DNA from: Heteronotia binoei | Taxonomy: Eukaryota | Direction of reading: 5' to 3' | Assembly: GCF_032191835.1 (NCBI RefSeq) | Contig: NC_083241.1 | Span: forward strand, 496,001-560,000 | Length of the DNA stretch: 64,000 nucleotides | Shown here: in pieces, positions 58,547-64,000 of the stretch | Layout: each line of letters begins with the position of its first letter | Position numbering within the stretch: position 1 is the first letter of the stretch | The notes under the pieces: model-generated | Told to the model about the DNA's origin: nothing | Database searches by the model: none | What the model saw: only the letters and a program-made list of their open reading frames with translations | Translations under genes and position numbers: made by a program

Positions 58547-61500
58547 AAGAGCTCTTTGGTGCAGTGGTTAAGTGTGCAGACTGGGAGAACCGGGTTTGAT
58601 TCCCCACTCCTCTGCTTGCAGCTGCTGGAAGGGCCTTGGGTCAGCCAGAGCTCTCTTATCTGGGAGAACCGGGTTGGATTCCCCACTCCTCCACTTGCAG
58701 CTGCTGGAATGGCCTTGGGTCAGCCAGAGCTCTCTTATCTGGGAGAACCGGGTTTGGTTCCCCCCTCCTCCACTTGCAGCTGCTGTAATGGCCTTGGGTC
58801 AGCCAGAGCTCTCTTATCGGGGAGAACCAGGTTTGATTCCCCCCTCTTCCACTTGCAGCTGCTGGAATGGCCTTGGGTCAGCCAGAGCTCTCTTATCGGG
58901 GAGAACCGGGTTTGATTCCCCCCTCTTCCACTTGCAGCTGCTGGAATGGCCTTGGGTCAGCCAGAGCTCTCTTATCGGGGAGAACCAGGTTTGATTCCCC
59001 ACTCCTCTGCTTGCAGCTGCTGGAATGGCCTTGGGTCAGCCAGAGCTCTCTTATCTGGGAGAACCGGGTTTGATTCCCCACTCCTCCACTTGCAGCTGCT
59101 GGAATGGCCTTGGGTCAGCCAGAGCTCTCTTATCTGGGAGAACCGGGTTTGATTCCCCCCTCTTCCACTTGCAGCTGCTGGAATGGCCTTGGGTCAGCCA
59201 GAGGTCTCTTATCTGGGAGAACCGGGTTTGATTCCCCACCCCTCCACTTGCACCTGCTGGAATGGCCTTCGGTCAGCCAGAGCTCTCTTATCTGGGAGAA
59301 CCGGGTTCGATTCCCCACTCCTCCACTTGCAGCTGCTGGAATGGCCTTCGGTCAGCCAGAGCTCTCTTATCTGGGAGAATCGGGTTTGATTCCCCACTCC
59401 TCCACTTGCAGCTGCTGGAATGGCCTTGGGTCAGCCAGAGCTCTCTTATCTGGGAGAACCGGGTTTGATTCCCCCCTCCTCCACTTGCAGCTGCTGGAAT
59501 GGCCTTGGATCAGCCAGAGCTCTCTTATCTGGGAGAACTGGGTTTGATTCCCCCCTCCTCCACTTGCAGCTGCTGGAATGGCCTTGGATCAGCCAGAGCT
59601 CTCTTATCTGGGAGAACCGGGTTTGATTCCCCCCTCCTCCACTTGCAGCTGCTGGAATGGCCTTGGATCAGCCAGAGCTCTCTTACCTGGAAGAACTGGG
59701 TTTGATTCCCCACTCCTCCACTTGCACCTGCTGGAATGGTCTTGGGTCAGCCAGAGCTCTCTTATCTGGGAGAACTGGGTTTGATTCCCCACTCCTCTGA
59801 TTGCAGTTGCAGGAATGGCCTTGGGTCAGCCAGAGCTCTCTTATCTGGGAGAACCTGGTTTGATTCCCCACTCCTCCACTTGCAGCTGCTGGAATGGCCT
59901 TGGGTCAGCCAGAGCTCTCTTATCTGGGAGAACCGGGTTTGATTCCCCACTCCTCCACTTGCAGCTGCTGGAATGGCCTTGGGTCAGCCAGAGCTCTCTT
60001 ATCGGGGAGAACCAGGTTTGATTCCCCCCTCTTCCACTTGCAGCTGCTGGAATGGCCTTGGGTCAGCCAGAGCTCTCTTATCGGGGAGAACCGGGTTTGA
60101 TTCCCCCCTCTTCCACTTGCAGCTGCTGGAATGGCCTTGGGTCAGCCAGAGCTCTCTTATCAGGGAGAACCAGGTTTGATTCCCCACTCCTCTGCTTGCA
60201 GCTGCTGGAATGGCCTTGGGTCAGCCAGAGCTCTCTTATCTGGGAGAACCGGGTTTGATTCCCCACTCCTCCACTTGCAGCTGCTGGAATGGCCTTGGGT
60301 CAGCCAGAGCTCTCTTATCTGGGAGAACCGGGTTTGATTCCCCCCTCTTCCACTTGCAGCTGCTGGAATGGCCTTGGGTCAGCCAGAGGTCTCTTATCTG
60401 GGAGAACCGGGTTTGATTCCCCACCCCTCCACTTGCACCTGCTGGAATGGCCTTCGGTCAGCCAGAGCTCTCTTATCTGGGAGAACCGGGTTCGATTCCC
60501 CACTCCTCCACTTGCAGCTGCTGGAATGGCCTTCGGTCAGCCAGAGCTCTCTTATCTGGGAGAATCGGGTTTGATTCCCCACTCCTCCACTTGCAGCTGC
60601 TGGAATGGCCTTGGGTCAGCCAGAGCTCTCTTATCTGGGAGAACCGGGTTTGATTCCCCCCTCCTCCACTTGCAGCTGCTGGAATGGCCTTGGATCAGCC
60701 AGAGCTCTCTTATCTGGGAGAACTGGGTTTGATTCCCCCCTCCTCCACTTGCAGCTGCTGGAATGGCCTTGGATCAGCCAGAGCTCTCTTATCTGGGAGA
60801 ACCGGGTTTGATTCCCCCCTCCTCCACTTGCAGCTGCTGGAATGGCCTTGGATCAGCCAGAGCTCTCTTACCTGGAAGAACTGGGTTTGATTCCCCACTC
60901 CTCCACTTGCACCTGCTGGAATGGTCTTGGGTCAGCCAGAGCTCTCTTATCTGGGAGAACTGGGTTTGATTCCCCACTCCTCTGATTGCAGTTGCAGGAA
61001 TGGCCTTGGGTCAGCCAGAGCTCTCTTATCTGGGAGAACCTGGTTTGATTCCCCACTCCTCCACTTGCAGCTGCTGGAATGGCCTTGGGTCAGCCAGAGC
61101 TCTCTTATCTGGGAGAACCGGGTTTGATTCCCCACTCCTCCACTTGCAGCTGCTGGAATGGCCTTGGGTCAGCCAGAGCTCTATCTGGGAGAACTGGGTT
61201 TGATTCCCCACTCCTCTGCTTGCAGCTGCAGGAATGGCCTTGGGTCAGCCAGAGCTCTCTTATCTGGGAGAACCTGGTTTGATTCCCCACTCCTCCGCTT
61301 GCAGCTGCTGGAATGGCCTTGGGTCAGCCAGAGCTCTCTTATCTGGGAGAACCGGGTTTGATTCCCCCCTCCTCCACTTGCAGCTGCTGGAATGGCCTTG
61401 GATCAGCCAGAGCTCTCTTACCTGGAAGAACTGGGTTTGATTCCGCACTCCTCCACTTGCAGCTGCTGGAATGGCCTTGGGTCAGCCATAGCTCTCTTAT

Positions 61501-61973
61501 CTGGGAGAACCTGGTTTGATTCCCCACTCCTCCACTTGCAGCTGCTGGAATGGCCTTGGGTCAGCCAGAGCTCTCTTATCTGGGAGAACCGGGTTTGATT
61601 CCCCACTCCTCCACTTGCAGCTGCTGGAATGGCCTTGGGTCAGCCAGAGCTCTCTTATCTGGGAGAACCGGGTTGGATTCCCCACTCCTCCGCTTGCAGC
61701 TGCTGGAATGGACTTGGGTCAGCCACAGCTCTCTTATCTGGGAGAACCGGGTTGGATTCCCCACTCCTCCGCTTGCAGCTGCTGGAATGGGCTTGGGTCA
61801 GCCATACCTCTCACAGAGTTGTCCTTGAAAGGGCAGCTGCTGTAAAAGCTCTCTCAGCCCCACCCACCTCACAGGGTGCCTGTTGTGGGAGGGGAAGGAA
61901 AAGGAGATCGTGACTGCTCTGAGGCACTGAGATTCTGAGTATAGGGCAGGCTATAAAGCCAATATCTTCTTCA
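58547..61973 (+). mobile_element. Single Squam3-like SINE expanded to 3.4 kb by an internal satellite
   Basis: 5' head TGGTGCAGTGGTTAAGTGTGCAGAC at about 58558-58582; unique 3' body and tail at about 61800-61973 (CTCACAGGGTG...CCAATATCTTCTTC). Confidence 0.85.
58581..61810 (+). repeat. SINE-derived 79-bp tandem satellite, about 41 units, with a 1185-bp (15-mer) higher-order repeat
   Basis: Unit CTGGGAGAACCGGGTTTGATTCCCCACTCCTCCACTTGCAGCTGCTGGAATGGCCTTGGGTCAGCCAGAGCTCTCTTAT. ORF-track starts recur every 79 bp, and variant patterns recur at +1185. Confidence 0.96.
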
Positions 61974-62299
61974 AAGGCCATTTCTGGGAGCCGCAGCCTC
62001 CCCGCGTCCCAACCAGCTGGCCCTCTCAGCCACTGCAGCTGCCAGGCTGCTGGCCACACATGCTCTGCAGACCCTCTTCACAGCCCCTTGTCATATGCTG
62101 TAGCTTCCCCTGCATTTGGCATGGCCTTGGAAACCCCTCCCCCCAAGCTCCCCTTCAGCACCTTTCTGAGTCCGGGGTGGGGGGAGCTGCTTTCACCTGG
62201 AGAGGGGGCACCTGGGGTTGCTAGCAGGCTCTCCCAGGCACACGAAGGGGCCCCTGAAGGCCAGAAAGATCATCCCCGGAAGCCCCCCCCCCCCATTAT

Positions 62300-62760
62300 T
62301 AGGGCAGGGCGTTTTTCTCCAGGCTGCTGCCGGCCTTAGCCTTGGCGCCATCCTCTCTGCAGCAAACTCGACCGGCTGGGCGGTGAGAAGAGGGCCCCCA
62401 AGGAGCAGCAGCCCCTGCGAGAACGAGCCTCTCCTCCGGCGCCAACACCGCCCAGGCCCTGCCCTCAGCACCGCAGCAGCCTTTCCTTCCTTCTTTCTTT
62501 CCTCGAGCGCCCCCTCCCGGCTCAGCTGCGAAACGCCGGAGCCCAGCCCCGCGGGCTTCGCTTGGCCAGAGGGCGGCCCTGCCCTGCCTCCCCGCCCCCG
62601 GGCCCCGAGAGTCAGCTGGCCGGCCAGGCAGCAGCGGGTGGCGCGGGCTGGCTGGCGAGGTGCAAGCGGCGTCTCCCGGGCTGGGGGGAGGGCGGGCTTC
62701 CCAGCCAGCCGCCCGTGTGGAAGAGCCTCCGCTACATAAGAGCGCTGCACCGCAATGTAA
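62300..62760. promoter_or_regulatory. Orphan CpG-rich island with no assignable CDS
   Basis: Local CpG enrichment and GC boxes; no recognisable protein in any frame. Confidence 0.45.
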
Positions 62761-63654
62761 GCTGTGGGTGGGGGCTCACAAGTCGTGCACCCCCCACATC
62801 CAGAGGTCTCTGCCCTGCAGGGTCCGAAGCCTCAGTGCTGGACTCCCCAGGAGAGGGGCCGCTCAAGAAACGATCTGCTCCCCCCCCCCCCCAAAGCCTT
62901 GAAGCAGTCCAAATCCCACCCCCACCATTTCCCCCCTTACAAATTTACGGTATTTATTATTTATTTATTTATGATTTGTATCCCGCCCTTCCCACAAGTG
63001 GCTCAGGGCGGCTCCCAACAAAGAGGCCTGTACTGCCTCCGGCCCTTAGAGGTTCTGTTCAGCCTCCCCCCCCCCCCCCCCGCAAGACTGTAGCTTTATG
63101 TTGAGAAGATGCTCTGAATAAGGAGGTGGGAGAGCTGTTGAGTGGGGGGCGGAGGAAAGGAATATTAGGGTTCCCGGGGGACCCCAAATAGAAGCCTGTG
63201 GTGCCAGTCCCTGGGGGCAGGACTCAGAAAGGGGACAGGTTTCCTGTGGGGTGGGGCAGGGCCTGCCTGGTGCCTTCGTGTTGTTTAGGCTCTGTGTGAA
63301 GCTTTCAGATGGGGTGCCATCAATATGCTGAGGACACCCAGCTCTGCACTGAAGAACGGAAGAGAAGCCAAGCTGGGCCCTCCAGTCCACCCTCTTGTGT
63401 TGCCTGCGGGCCAAAACCCAGGTGGGCCATCAGGAGGTCCACCAGCGGAGCCAGAACTCCAGAAGCCCTCCCACTGTTTTGTTTTATTTATTCAGTTGAT
63501 TTATATTCCGCCCTTTCCCATATGGGCTCAGGGCTGATCACAGTCGTAATGAAACAGTTAAAATACAGCAATGGCTCAATAATATACCAATAAAACAAAG
63601 CTCAAAAATATACACAAACAATTTTATGCTTATTATATTTATATATTTATGTTG

Positions 63655-64000
63655 CCAAGAAGACAGAGCATCAGTGTCCTCGACATAGTGCGTTCCCTTT
63701 ATACCTGATGGCTAACAGCCACTCTGGGACCTCTGCTCCAGATGTTTCAGATCTCCTCTTGCAGCTGTTTGTGCTCAAGGCTGCCACCACTTCCTGCAGC
63801 AGCGAATTCCACCAGTTAACAGCTCTAGGCTGAAGGAGGCCTTCCTTTGATCTAAATCTACTGTTCACTAATTTCATTGAGTGGTCTCAAGTTTTTGGAT
63901 TGTGAGAAAGGGAGAAAAGTACTTCTTGTTCTACCTTCTCTATCCCATTTTGCAAACCTCTGTCATTTCACTCCTCAGTTGTCATTTCTCCAAGCCAAAG
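63655..64000 (-). mobile_element. Old CR1 fragment running off the right edge
   Basis: Degenerate MKL..SRFR...RAVNWWNSLLQEVV motif (ORF 63671-63877). Confidence 0.7.

Noticed and set aside
58581-61810. CRISPR-like array
   Set aside because: The units are contiguous with no unique spacers, there are no cas genes, and the DNA is vertebrate.
58460-61913. Dozens of 62-68 aa ORFs ([10 protein letters not shown]..., MGNQTRFSQ...) resembling a tandem gene family
   Set aside because: They are translations of the 79-bp satellite in shifting frames, with no splice or promoter support.

Overview
GC-rich vertebrate genomic DNA, most likely from a squamate reptile. A gecko is inferred from the tRNA-Ala and MIR/CORE-type SINE families, CR1, L1 and hAT MITEs. 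The window holds a compact multi-exon gene cluster: VPS33B(-) (exons 1-11, the rest runs off the left edge), HDDC3/MESH1(-), NGRN(-), TTLL13(-), GDPGP1(-), CIB1(+) and SEMA4B(-). I built the spliced models by hand from GT/GC-AG boundaries with consistent phases. The prokaryote-style ORF track is mostly noise here. Main observations: (1) an L1 3' fragment sits inside SEMA4B coding exon 8, and its target-site duplication recreates the splice acceptor, so an intact protein needs the new AG while the old acceptor would act as a poison site; (2) a single SINE at 58.5-62 kb has an internal 79-bp, B-box-containing segment amplified about 41 times, with a 15-mer (1185-bp) higher-order repeat; (3) a 32-bp minisatellite in a TTLL13 intron has captured and co-duplicated a SINE; (4) a near full-length dead L1 in VPS33B intron 11 carries a duplicated L1-SINE junction; (5) HDDC3 lies between NGRN and VPS33B rather than beside UNC45A. 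I found no new protein-coding system; the novelty is in interactions between mobile elements, satellites and splicing.
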